Under the pieces are notes generated by a model that saw nothing but the letters and a program-made list of their open reading frames with translations, searched no databases and was not told the origin of the DNA. This document shows positions 1-7,884 of a stretch of DNA of 14,000 bases, one piece after another. Position 1 is the first letter of the stretch; each line of letters begins with the position of its first letter. The translations under genes and the position numbers were made by a program. The stretch comes from a virus. Its lineage: Duplodnaviria > Heunggongvirae > Uroviricota > Caudoviricetes. The stretch spans positions 1 through 14,000 of the IMG/VR virus record IMGVR_UViG_2778261687_000010. One strand, given 5' to 3'.

Positions 1-993
1 CTAGTCGGTGGACATTATGTGGACACTCCCACGCATAGGGTTAAATCGTATGGCATCAGTCAGATAATCTGGGGCGAAGTGAGCATATGTCATTGTTTGC
101 TCGATTGTTGTATGACCCAAAATACGCTGTAGCGTGATGATATTCCCGCCGTTGATCATGAAATGTGTTGCGAAGGTATGGCGTAAAACATGCAGTGCCT
201 GACCTTTCGGCAAGTCTGGCTTAATCTTACGAAGAACATCGCGAACTCGCTCATAGTTGGTATCGAACAATTTCCCCGATTTGCGTGTAAGGATGTAGTC
301 CGCGATTTCCTTCGATATCGGAACAGTACGAGCTGGGCCGGTTTTGGTCTTAACAAAGGTCACACGGTTACTTATCACGTTTTCAGCTTTAAGATTACTG
401 GCTTCACCCCATCGTGCTCCTGTATTCAGGCAAAGAACGACAACTCTGCGATCATCCCCTGTAAGGGCATTCAGCAAATGGTGGATCTCTTCTTCGGACA
501 GAAATGACATTTCTGTGTTTTCCAGACGTAACTTCTTCACGGCGCGAAACGGGTTTTCGTGATGAAATTCTTCCATATCTATCAGCAAACTGAACATGCT
601 GGACATGGAACAGAAATCCCTGTTTACCGTGCCAGCAGATACTCCACTATGAAGTCGTTCTGCACGATATTTCATCAGAAAGTTGCGGGTAAGCTCGTAC
701 ACTCTGGGTTCCGCCATTTCTCGGTTGATTTTTTCCAAACGCTTTTTATATGAGTCACCATAGTTGTGATTCTTTCCATGGTAGCTCCACCATAAAGAAA
801 TTAACTCGGATACAAGCCTCCTGTCTGCGGGTTTATCCTGCCATTCTTTATCGTGAAAGTTTGTCAGTACATACCGCTCGTATGCCTGTGCTTCCGCCTT
901 TCTGTCAAATTTGCGTCGAATCCTTCTTCCTGAGGTTCCGCGCGGTCTAACGTCCACTTCAAAACGACCATCATCAAGCTTCTTAATCGACAT
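1..993 (-). CDS. int: Tyrosine recombinase, P2 Int-like integrase
   Basis: ORF 1..1020 on the minus strand. The N-terminus from the internal ATG at 991-993 (MSIKKLDDGRFEVDVRPRG...RRIRRKFD) closely matches my recollection of the P2 Int N-terminus (MAIKKLDDGRYEVDIRP...). The C-terminal catalytic region carries HVLRHTFATH...GGNIITLQRILGH...YAHF, typical of the R..H..R..Y tyrosine recombinase signature. A GGAGGG Shine-Dalgarno sits about 8 nt upstream of the 993 start. The stop codon is at window position 1-3, so attL should lie just outside the window. Confidence 0.9.
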   Translation of the reverse strand: MSIKKLDDGRFEVDVRPRGTSGRRIRRKFDRKAEAQAYERYVLTNFHDKEWQDKPADRRLVSELISLWWSYHGKNHNYGDSYKKRLEKINREMAEPRVYELTRNFLMKYRAERLHSGVSAGTVNRDFCSMSSMFSLLIDMEEFHHENPFRAVKKLRLENTEMSFLSEEEIHHLLNALTGDDRRVVVLCLNTGARWGEASNLKAENVISNRVTFVKTKTGPARTVPISKEIADYILTRKSGKLFDTNYERVRDVLRKIKPDLPKGQALHVLRHTFATHFMINGGNIITLQRILGHTTIEQTMTYAHFAPDYLTDAIRFNPMRGSVHIMSTD

Positions 994-1059
994 AGCGAAG
1001 CCCTCCGATGTATGAATCATTATGTAAATTTTGCGCTAACGCATAGAAAAACCAGATGT

Positions 1060-1359
1060 TTAGCCAATTTTCCGGGTGGAACGGGATGATGTTATGTTGT
1101 CTTGCCCATCAGGGGAGAGAGACGGGGACACCTGCCCCGCAATTGGTGCCGTCTTATCTGTCATTAACCAGAGTGTATATTTTTCAAACATATGTACCTC
1201 TATAACACTTTCTAAGACTTCTGCACGAGCTGGCTGATGGCCAGTTTCGTACTTTTTTATTGTTCCAAGAGCTACCCCAGTAAGCTCTGAAAAATCTTTT
1301 TGAGTTAACCCTTCAGCTTTCCGGATCTGCCGGAGTTTCTCCGCATAATTTCTTGACAT
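1060..1359 (-). CDS. C: Immunity repressor, P2 C-like (99 aa)
   Basis: 99 aa, the same length as P2 C. The C-terminal half (KYTLWLMTDKTAPIAGQVSPSL...) matches remembered P2 C (KYTLWFMTNQIAPESGQIAP...). The N-terminal helix-turn-helix region reads LTQKDFSELTGVALGTIKKYETG. ATG at 1357-1359, divergent from cox. Confidence 0.85.
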   Translation of the reverse strand: MSRNYAEKLRQIRKAEGLTQKDFSELTGVALGTIKKYETGHQPARAEVLESVIEVHMFEKYTLWLMTDKTAPIAGQVSPSLSPDGQDNITSSRSTRKIG

Positions 1360-1467
1360 GGTTCTTGTATCGCAACTATTATTGGTTCTTACAAAAGAAC
1401 CTTGACAAAAGAACCCTAGAACGACTTAAAGCGCCCTAGGAACCCAAACTAACGAAGGATACCACAG
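1360..1467. promoter_or_regulatory. Divergent early promoter/operator region between C and cox
   Basis: 108 bp between divergent C and cox. Five copies of a GGTTCT/AGAACC half-site: inverted copies at 1360-1365 and 1384-1389, direct copies at 1396-1401, 1410-1415 and 1418-1422. These include an 11-bp direct repeat ACAAAAGAACC at 1391-1401 and 1405-1415. A consensus -35 TTGACA lies at 1402-1407 on the plus strand, overlapped by the repeats. An AAGGA RBS sits 9 nt before the cox ATG. Confidence 0.6.
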
Positions 1468-1749
1468 ATGAAGGAACCAGCAGAAAAGGCGCTTTCAGAG
1501 TTGGTGACCCCTGAGCTTTCTGCCGAATATATAGGCAAAACGCCTGCTGCAATTCGCAAAATGGCCACGGCTGGAAAACTGCCGGTAATCCGCATGAAAG
1601 ACCCTCTAAATCCATCAAAAAAAGGTGGGGAAATCTATATCCATCGGGGGGAATGGGATGCTTATGCCATTCATTTGGCTCAAATTGCCCCGCCTGAATG
1701 GCATGACTGGAAGAACCGTTTATTCACGAAAGATAAAAGTGCTCGTTAG
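1468..1749 (+). CDS. cox: Cox-like excisionase / transcriptional regulator
   Basis: 93 aa; IGKTPAAIRKMATAGKLPVIRMKDPLNPSKKGGEIYIHRGEW aligns with remembered P2 Cox (IGKSTGAVRRMIDKGKLPVIDMTDPQSASGRAGEYWVYLPAW). Position is divergent from C, as in P2. Confidence 0.8.
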   Translation: MKEPAEKALSELVTPELSAEYIGKTPAAIRKMATAGKLPVIRMKDPLNPSKKGGEIYIHRGEWDAYAIHLAQIAPPEWHDWKNRLFTKDKSAR

Positions 1750-1775
1750 TAAACTAAATATTATTGGGGATTATC

Positions 1776-2111
1776 ATGAAGACTAAATATGCCACGCTGA
1801 TTCGTAGTCTGTTGCAAAACTATCACGCTCAGGCAAAAACCATTGATAAAGAAACATTCTCTGTACATAGCGATGGCTTGCAGTTAATGGAATTAAACAT
1901 TCAGCTTGCAAAATGCCTTGAGGGTATAACCTCCACTGCTCGCTTTAATAATGATAGTGATGATTTTGAAGAACTGCACAAAATCACGCTTATGGTATTT
2001 GGCGGAAATATACCAACTGAAAATAACATTTCCGGTCTTATGTCGCTGGCTACCACAGCGTTAAAAAGTAATAACTCGCATCTTAAATCTGTTGCAGCTT
2101 CCCAACGTTAA
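1776..2111 (+). CDS. Hypothetical protein (early region)
   Basis: The ORF-track start at 1764 is TTG; the ATG at 1776 is preceded by GGGGA (1766-1770). No motif recognised. Stop at 2109-2111, 9 nt before the next gene. Confidence 0.5.
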   Translation: MKTKYATLIRSLLQNYHAQAKTIDKETFSVHSDGLQLMELNIQLAKCLEGITSTARFNNDSDDFEELHKITLMVFGGNIPTENNISGLMSLATTALKSNNSHLKSVAASQR

Positions 2112-2120
2112 GGAACCGAT

Positions 2121-2690
2121 ATGAAACATTTAATGATTGACCTTGAAACAATGGATAATAAACCGACTTCTGCGATTGCTTCTATCGGTGCTGTATTCTT
2201 TGACCCTGAAACTGGCGAAATGGGTGAACAGTTTTATCAACGTGTCAGCCTGGGCAGCTGTGTAGGCCACGGTCTCACTATGGGGTCAGAAACCGTATTA
2301 TGGTGGATGCGTCAGGATGCCGAAGCGCGTAGCGAGCTGCTTAATGACGATTGTCTGGACTTGCCTCTGACGTTAGCTAATCTGGAAGCTTTTATTACTG
2401 AGCATTCTGACCCATCTAAAGTACAGGTATGGGGGAATAGTGCAGCGTTCGACAATGTTATTTTACGTAATGCATCAGAGAAATGCGGGTTTGCCGATCC
2501 ACTTTGGTACTACTGGAATGACCGTGATGTAAGAACGGTTGTTGAACTGTCAAAAACACTTGGGCTGAATGTTCGTAATATTATTAAGTTTGATGGTGTT
2601 AAACATCACGCTTTATATGATGCCATTCATCAGGCTAAAGTTGTTTCTTATGTCTGGATGTATCTTGTAAAAATAGCCAGTGTGAAATAA
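2121..2690 (+). CDS. DEDDh-type 3'-5' exonuclease-like protein
   Basis: The N-terminal MIDLET motif has the acidic D-x-E pair of DnaQ-like exonucleases, and the C-terminal HHALYDAIH provides an H-x4-D motif. AAGGA RBS at 2110-2114. Confidence 0.6.
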   Translation: MKHLMIDLETMDNKPTSAIASIGAVFFDPETGEMGEQFYQRVSLGSCVGHGLTMGSETVLWWMRQDAEARSELLNDDCLDLPLTLANLEAFITEHSDPSKVQVWGNSAAFDNVILRNASEKCGFADPLWYYWNDRDVRTVVELSKTLGLNVRNIIKFDGVKHHALYDAIHQAKVVSYVWMYLVKIASVK

Positions 2691-2692
2691 CG

Positions 2693-2911
2693 ATGCTTAC
2701 AGTGACCTCTCATGCAAGTAAAAGTGTCATTCACAAGGCATTTTCAGTGCTGACAGAATATTACAACGGCAAAAAGGTATATCAGGTTATTAAGCCAAAA
2801 CATTATTTCTCTGTTCATGTTTCTTATCGCTGGCGATTACTGAGTAAGGATAAGGGCAGAAGCTGGGAACTAATGACACATGAGCGATATAACAAGCAGT
2901 ACAGAATATAG
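2693..2911 (+). CDS. Hypothetical small protein (72 aa)
   Basis: ATG at 2693, 2 nt after the previous stop (possible coupling). Weak RBS and no recognisable motif. Confidence 0.35.
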   Translation: MLTVTSHASKSVIHKAFSVLTEYYNGKKVYQVIKPKHYFSVHVSYRWRLLSKDKGRSWELMTHERYNKQYRI

Positions 2912-2950
2912 TTTTTGCCTTTTACCCATTATTTCACATCTGGATTATTT

Positions 2951-5608
2951 ATGAACGAAACGATACAACAGGACGTTGTGCGCCGTCTTGTTCGGGACTT
3001 TGAATTTAAAGAGCGGGATAAGTATTTGCAGCAGGGCGTTTGCCCTGCCTGTCGTAAGCGCGAATTATTTACCAGCATAGAAAAGCCCTGGATTCTGAAA
3101 TGTGGCCGTGAAAATAACTGCGCACATCAGATTGTCGTGAAAGAGCTGTATCCGGATATCTTTGAAGACTGGTCAAAACGTTACCAGACCACAGAAGATA
3201 ACCCCCATGCAGTAGCTGAGGCGTATCTGCGCGAGGCCAGAGGGCTGGAGACTGAGCCATTAAAAGGCTGTTTTACCCAGGGTGCATTCGTGAAAGATGG
3301 CATGGGGTCGGCAACGGTCAGATTTTCGCTGTCATGCGGTGCAACATGGGAGCGCATCATTGACCAGCCGCAGCGCTTCGGTAAGCAGAAAGCCAACATC
3401 AGGGGAAGCTATGTCGGTCACTGGTGGGTTCCTCCCTTTATCAACCTGCAGGAAGTGAACGAAATCTGGATCACTGAGGGAATCTTCAACGCGCTGAGTC
3501 TGTGCCAGGTAGGGTTACCTGCAGTTGCCACACTGAGCAGTAACAACTATCCGCTGGCCGCACTGGATACGCTGGCCAAAGAACTGGGTGAAAAACCACG
3601 TCCACGTCTTGTATGGGCGTTTGACGGCGATAAAGCCGGCACAAAGCACACACTGGCGTTCGCTGCCCGTAGTGATGCTGCAGGATGGAAAACTCGTGCC
3701 GCGCAGCCGGTGAAATCATCGGCATCGCTGGACTGGAATGACCTGTTGTTACGTAACCGGTTCAGTAAGTCGGACATTAAAAATTATCGCTACTATGGCG
3801 ATCTCCTTCTGGCAAAAAGCCCGACTGAGAAAGCGCTGCTCATGCATCAGCATAACGAGTGGCACTCGTTCTACTTTGAGCATAACTCCCGCATGTACTG
3901 GTTTGAGCTGGATCTGGACAGGTATATGCGAGCCTATGAGCGCATCACCAATACCGGTACCGAAGTGGTGATGGAGTGGGAGGCCAAAGAACGGGCGGTT
4001 AAAGAGTCAGGCGGCGTGACCGAAATAGCTAACTGCTGGCTGACGCCGCTTTACTTTCAGCGGTCTGAACCTACGGACGAGTCCTGGTATTACGTGAAAG
4101 TCAGTATGCCTAACCGGCCAGCCGTGAAAGATACTTTCACGGCTAATCAGCTCACCAGCTCCGCCGAGTTCAAAAAGCGTCTGCTGCACATCGCCAAAGG
4201 GGCGGTGTACACAGGCAGCACCAAACAGCTGGATAAGTTCATCCAGATGCGCCTCCCTGAAATCAAAGAGGTAAAGACGCAGAATTTCATCGGCTATAAC
4301 AAGGATTATGCCGCCTGGTTGTTTAACCGCGTGGCCGTTTGCGATGGCCGGCTGTATGAGATGAACGACGAGGATTACTTCGAAATCAACAGTGCCAGCG
4401 TTAAGAGCCTGAGCCTCACGCCGGCGCTGGATCTGAATCCGAAGCTGAACGAGTTTACTACGGGTTGGGTAGACGATATCTGGACGGCATTTGGTGAAAA
4501 AGGGTATGTGGCGCTGGCGTTCTGGCTGGGGTCGCTGTTTGCCGAACAAATCCGCGAGCGTGACAAGTCATTTCCGTTTCTGGAAATCGTGGGCGAGCCG
4601 GGGACAGGTAAATCCACGCTGATAGAATTTCTCTGGAAGCTCGCCGGCCGTGAGGAATACGAAGGGTTTGACCCATCTAAATCTACCGCCGCCGCGCGTG
4701 GCCGTAACTTCGCCCAGGTCGGTAATCTGCCGGTTGTGCTGATTGAGGGCGACCGTACTACCGATAACGCCAAGCAACGCGCTTTTGACTGGGACGAGCT
4801 GAAATCACTGTATAACGGTCGTGCCTCCCGCGCCGTGGGTATCAAATCGAACAATAACGAGACGTATGAGCCGCCGTTCAGGGGAAGTATTGTGATAGCG
4901 CAAAATGCCGACACAGACGGCAGCAAGGCGTTTCTGGAGCGTATCATCCACATCTATACCGACAAGCGCGGCCAGTCCATTCAGACGCGCCACGCTGCAG
5001 AACGACTTGAACAACTCCCCGTTAGCCAGGTATCCGGATTCACATTACTGGCCACCATGCGCGAAAAAGAAATCATGCAGACGTTCGGCAGGGGGTACGA
5101 GCGAGCTAGGAATGAGCTGGAGTCTAATAGCAGTATTCGCCATATCCGTATTGCAAAGAATCACGCGCAGCTTGTGGGCTTGCTGGAGGCGCTTGCACTT
5201 GTTGTACCGGTGCCGGTTGAACGTATAGAAAAAACGCGTGAAGCCATCACCGCGCTGGCCGTTGAACGTTGTCAGGCACTTAAAAAGGATCATCCTCTGG
5301 TGCAGGAGTTCTGGGAGCTGTTTGATTACTTGGATGAACTGGCACCTTATGGCATCAATCATTCATCAGATGAAAATGAAATCGCGGTTAATTTCAATCA
5401 CATGGAAGAGGTCGCCGCAGCACACCGGCAGCGTATTCCGTTCACGTTAACGGAAATTAAAAAGCTGCTTAAAAACGGCAATGAGCGCCGGTTTATCAGA
5501 CAAAGCACCACGCGCAGCGCGGTAAGTGAGCGCCATAATCGTGGTAAAGGGGATATGCAACGGATGCCGGAAACATTCCGCTGCTGGATATTTGGCCGGG
5601 AAAAGTAA
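2951..5608 (+). CDS. Replicative primase-helicase (zinc ribbon + TOPRIM primase fused to Walker-A NTPase)
   Basis: The ORF-track start at 2915 is TTG; the first ATG is at 2951 (MNETIQQ...). Zinc-ribbon CPACRKRE...CGRENNCAHQ near the N-terminus. TOPRIM-like WITEGIFNALS and AFDGDKAG (DxD). Walker A EIVGEPGTGKSTLIEF, with a candidate Walker B VVLIEGD. The architecture resembles P4 alpha-type primase-helicases and is not a rolling-circle initiator like P2 A. Confidence 0.8.
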   Translation: MNETIQQDVVRRLVRDFEFKERDKYLQQGVCPACRKRELFTSIEKPWILKCGRENNCAHQIVVKELYPDIFEDWSKRYQTTEDNPHAVAEAYLREARGLETEPLKGCFTQGAFVKDGMGSATVRFSLSCGATWERIIDQPQRFGKQKANIRGSYVGHWWVPPFINLQEVNEIWITEGIFNALSLCQVGLPAVATLSSNNYPLAALDTLAKELGEKPRPRLVWAFDGDKAGTKHTLAFAARSDAAGWKTRAAQPVKSSASLDWNDLLLRNRFSKSDIKNYRYYGDLLLAKSPTEKALLMHQHNEWHSFYFEHNSRMYWFELDLDRYMRAYERITNTGTEVVMEWEAKERAVKESGGVTEIANCWLTPLYFQRSEPTDESWYYVKVSMPNRPAVKDTFTANQLTSSAEFKKRLLHIAKGAVYTGSTKQLDKFIQMRLPEIKEVKTQNFIGYNKDYAAWLFNRVAVCDGRLYEMNDEDYFEINSASVKSLSLTPALDLNPKLNEFTTGWVDDIWTAFGEKGYVALAFWLGSLFAEQIRERDKSFPFLEIVGEPGTGKSTLIEFLWKLAGREEYEGFDPSKSTAAARGRNFAQVGNLPVVLIEGDRTTDNAKQRAFDWDELKSLYNGRASRAVGIKSNNNETYEPPFRGSIVIAQNADTDGSKAFLERIIHIYTDKRGQSIQTRHAAERLEQLPVSQVSGFTLLATMREKEIMQTFGRGYERARNELESNSSIRHIRIAKNHAQLVGLLEALALVVPVPVERIEKTREAITALAVERCQALKKDHPLVQEFWELFDYLDELAPYGINHSSDENEIAVNFNHMEEVAAAHRQRIPFTLTEIKKLLKNGNERRFIRQSTTRSAVSERHNRGKGDMQRMPETFRCWIFGREK

Positions 5609-5654
5609 CGGTTCACTAGTGCCTAACTTTATTGTTAGGGGAAGGAGCGAACAT

Positions 5655-5700
5655 TGAAGCAATAGGGGCGTTATCTTTATTGCTTCATTCTTATTTTAAA
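5655..5700 (+). terminator. Hairpin plus T-tract after the primase gene (candidate intrinsic terminator)
   Basis: 10-bp inverted repeat TGAAGCAATA (5655-5664) / TATTGCTTCA (5678-5687) followed by TTCTTATTTT. The stop codon of the convergent minus-strand gene (5677-5679) lies inside the hairpin. A second short hairpin, CCTAAC-N6-GTTAGG, is at 5622-5639. Confidence 0.45.
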
Positions 5701-6396
5701 GTTCTTTAATTTACCGTACAGAGTATCCCGCAGGGAAAACGAAGGAACCCAATCAAAACCAGTACGCCAGGGGCGTGGACTGCCATGAAAGCAAACAACC
5801 GCCACATTATCAGGGACTTTCCCTGTCGCAGCCTCAGAGGCTAAATTTGCATTGAAGCCAATCATCGAGGGGGTGGCGATGTCACATTTATAACTAACAA
5901 TTGAGCCAGGAATGATATCCTGCCATAGGGCTGGTTTTATGATGCTACCGAGAAATCCCTGATCACCCCATTTGTCTTCAGTCTGACAATTGCGCATAAT
6001 TTTCTCAGGATCAATAATGAATTGTTCCCAAATCGTCTTTTTAATCGACGCCGGAATCATCATTATTGATGAGTTTACTCTTGAGGCATGGTTAAACTCC
6101 CGAAGCATTGTAAATTTCTTCGCACCTTCGAAAATATGAATATCTCCCGTGACCACAACATCTACGTCAAAATAGAGTAAATCTTGGTCTCCAAGGACTG
6201 GGTGATTAGGATTAAATAGTTCAATTTTAGACCACCATCCCGGCCAGTTATAAAGCAAAGGGGTTGTGTTAACTCCAGGAATATTATCTGCATCGGTTAA
6301 ACATATAGATGGAATATCTTTGAACTGACGATGAAGCCATTGGGCGTGTTTAGGGGTAAACTCTTTACTACATTTAAGAACTGAGACTATTAACAT
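5677..6396 (-). CDS. Cargo protein, putative GT-A-fold (DxD) nucleotide-sugar transferase-like; function unknown
   Basis: 239 aa with an ATG at 6394-6396 and a strong GGGAGG Shine-Dalgarno about 8 nt upstream. Visibly more AT-rich than the flanking prophage genes. Contains LLYFDVDVVVTGDI (hydrophobic strand plus DxD) and C-terminal FHGSPRPW, reminiscent of GT8-type glycosyltransferase motifs. No obvious transmembrane segments. Bounded by terminator-like hairpins on both sides. Confidence 0.75.
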   Translation of the reverse strand: MLIVSVLKCSKEFTPKHAQWLHRQFKDIPSICLTDADNIPGVNTTPLLYNWPGWWSKIELFNPNHPVLGDQDLLYFDVDVVVTGDIHIFEGAKKFTMLREFNHASRVNSSIMMIPASIKKTIWEQFIIDPEKIMRNCQTEDKWGDQGFLGSIIKPALWQDIIPGSIVSYKCDIATPSMIGFNANLASEAATGKVPDNVAVVCFHGSPRPWRTGFDWVPSFSLRDTLYGKLKNFKIRMKQ

Positions 6397-6500
6397 AAGA
6401 TGCCTCCCAAAATTTGGAAAGATAATATCATGTTTAGGAGGGGGGGACTATTAATCACTTGGTCATTCATCGACGTTGATAGATGGGAATCTGTTACATC

Positions 6501-6536
6501 TCAGAAAATAAAAGCACCGGTAGCGGTGCTTTTTTC
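6501..6536 (-). terminator. Intrinsic terminator downstream of the ogr-like gene
   Basis: Hairpin AGCACCG-GTAG-CGGTGCT at 6513-6530, flanked by T-runs on both strands: TTTTTT at 6531-6536 on the plus strand, and TTTATTTTCTGA on the minus strand (complement of 6501-6512). It lies directly after the ogr stop (6536-6538) and separates ogr from the 5677-6396 cargo gene. Confidence 0.55.
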
Positions 6537-6865
6537 TATGCGGCAGCAGTGCCGTCCTGACTCAGAAACTTTAACATCAGCTGCTTTTGCTGGATATCAA
6601 GGCTGTTACAGATAGTGGCGATCAACGCATCGCTGGATTTGGCGCTGGGGCTGATGGTATGTGAGAATGTCATATTCATCACAAAAGTGTGACCACATTC
6701 AACATCGGTACACGCGCAATATAAATCCGACAGTTCCTTGTGTTTTCGGGCTGTTTTTTTGATAACAGCCCTTGCCTCACATACCGGACAGTAAACCTTC
6801 ATTACCCGCATATCCATCGCTCCGGAAGTTGGAAAACGATGATATTTTAGCCTTTTTGCGAACAT
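6536..6865 (-). CDS. ogr: Ogr/Delta-family zinc-finger late transcription activator
   Basis: CPVCEARAVIKK...YCACTDVECGHTFV fits the Ogr/Delta C-x2-C...C-x4-C zinc-finger pattern (P2 Ogr: CPLCQ...YHQCQNVNCSATFI). The longest ORF starts at the ATG at 6863-6865, overlapping the portal stop as TAATG. Internal ATGs at about 6809-6817 (MDMRVMKVYCP...) would give a more Ogr-like N-terminus. Confidence 0.75.
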   Translation of the reverse strand: MFAKRLKYHRFPTSGAMDMRVMKVYCPVCEARAVIKKTARKHKELSDLYCACTDVECGHTFVMNMTFSHTISPSAKSSDALIATICNSLDIQQKQLMLKFLSQDGTAAA

Positions 6866-7884
6866 TAATCACCTTCCAGCTCACTGTCTTTCAGGAAATT
6901 AAGGTACAGGTGGGGCGGTACATCACTTTCCTGTTCCACTGCGGCGGTAAACATGCGCTGAATGGGCAAAATTTCTGCTTTGCGGTAGGTTTTGGACGCT
7001 TTCTCAACATCTCCCATTACTGCGCCGTTCGTCGGGATAATCCCCGCCAGTCCTGCCGGGAATCGATGCGCGGTCAGTACGTCCTGGGCGCTGATGCTCT
7101 TGATGTTCTGAAACTCATCTTTGGCGCTGATATCCCCAATCGGGATAAATTTGATGCCGTCCGGATCGCCTTTGGGGATGTTCACAAACATGGTGCTGAA
7201 GTTCCCGATCCCCTTTGACTGCTCCAGCTTCTGAATAATTTCTTCTTCCACTTCATCAGTCATATTTGGGTCGTTACAGTAGATCATGCCACCTGTGTGT
7301 CCGCCGTTATGGTAGTAACGCCGACGAAAAATTGTTGCCTCACCGTTAAGCAGGGCAGAATGGATACCGCTGATATAATCCGGCAGACCATAAATCGCCT
7401 GTTGCGGATCGTACTGCCTGAGAAAAATAATATCTTCAGGCGGATAAATCATCGGTTCACCCTGCTGCAGTACCACAAACTCCCCGGTCTTACGCTGGCG
7501 GGTATAGAGTGCCGGCAGCGGGTACAGTGCCACCACATCCCCCCAGCCGTTACGCACTTTCAGAATGGCCACATCACCGAAGGTCAGCCAGTCGAACACG
7601 GCTGCACCAAGCTGTTCATGCGTCAGTCCGCCGTCTTTATAGTTTGCCGTCACCATATTGCGACGGGCATACAGCACACCGCCGTGCTGCGCGTTCAGGT
7701 TCACCAGTTGCGCCAGCGCCAGCCGGTCAATCGGGAGCGTCCAGTGTTCCGCTTCATTGTCATACCAGACGTCTGTGTAGTTTGTGCCGGTCGTCAGAAT
7801 GGGTTCCGGTTTACCCAGGGTAATAAGGCTCATATGGCGCGGCTTGCTGGCGGTGCGGCGTTCCCTGTATTTCCGTTTTTTCAT
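6865..7884 (-). CDS. Q: Portal protein, P2 gpQ-like
   Basis: 339 aa, with a size and position typical of P2 Q (immediately downstream of the terminase large subunit on the same strand). AGGGA RBS upstream; the start overlaps the stop of the upstream gene as ATGA. Confidence 0.75.
   Translation of the reverse strand: MKKRKYRERRTASKPRHMSLITLGKPEPILTTGTNYTDVWYDNEAEHWTLPIDRLALAQLVNLNAQHGGVLYARRNMVTANYKDGGLTHEQLGAAVFDWLTFGDVAILKVRNGWGDVVALYPLPALYTRQRKTGEFVVLQQGEPMIYPPEDIIFLRQYDPQQAIYGLPDYISGIHSALLNGEATIFRRRYYHNGGHTGGMIYCNDPNMTDEVEEEIIQKLEQSKGIGNFSTMFVNIPKGDPDGIKFIPIGDISAKDEFQNIKSISAQDVLTAHRFPAGLAGIIPTNGAVMGDVEKASKTYRKAEILPIQRMFTAAVEQESDVPPHLYLNFLKDSELEGD

Noticed and set aside
994-1020. Integrase start at the 1020 ATG (MIHTSEGFA extension)
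   Set aside because: The internal ATG at 991-993 gives an N-terminus matching P2 Int and has a GGAGGG RBS. The longer form is probably an upstream in-frame artefact.
3069-5662. Numerous 60-190 aa ORFs on the minus strand, and in other plus frames, inside the primase-helicase gene (e.g. 4007-4549, 4375-4953, 5045-5362)
   Set aside because: They lie antisense to or out of frame with a long, motif-rich gene, with no independent RBS or motif support. Such ORFs are expected by chance in GC-rich coding DNA.
6400-6615. 71-aa plus-strand ORF in the intergenic region between the cargo gene and ogr
   Set aside because: It starts inside the RBS/promoter region of the minus-strand cargo gene, spans the terminator hairpin and overlaps the ogr 3' end on the opposite strand. 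It has no RBS.
5609-6864. P2-type cos site expected near the portal gene
   Set aside because: I looked for the GC-rich cohesive-end sequence I recall for P2 (GGCGAGGCGGGG...) between the replicase and portal and did not see it. Its absence fits the rearranged or defective state, but my recall of the exact cos sequence is imperfect.
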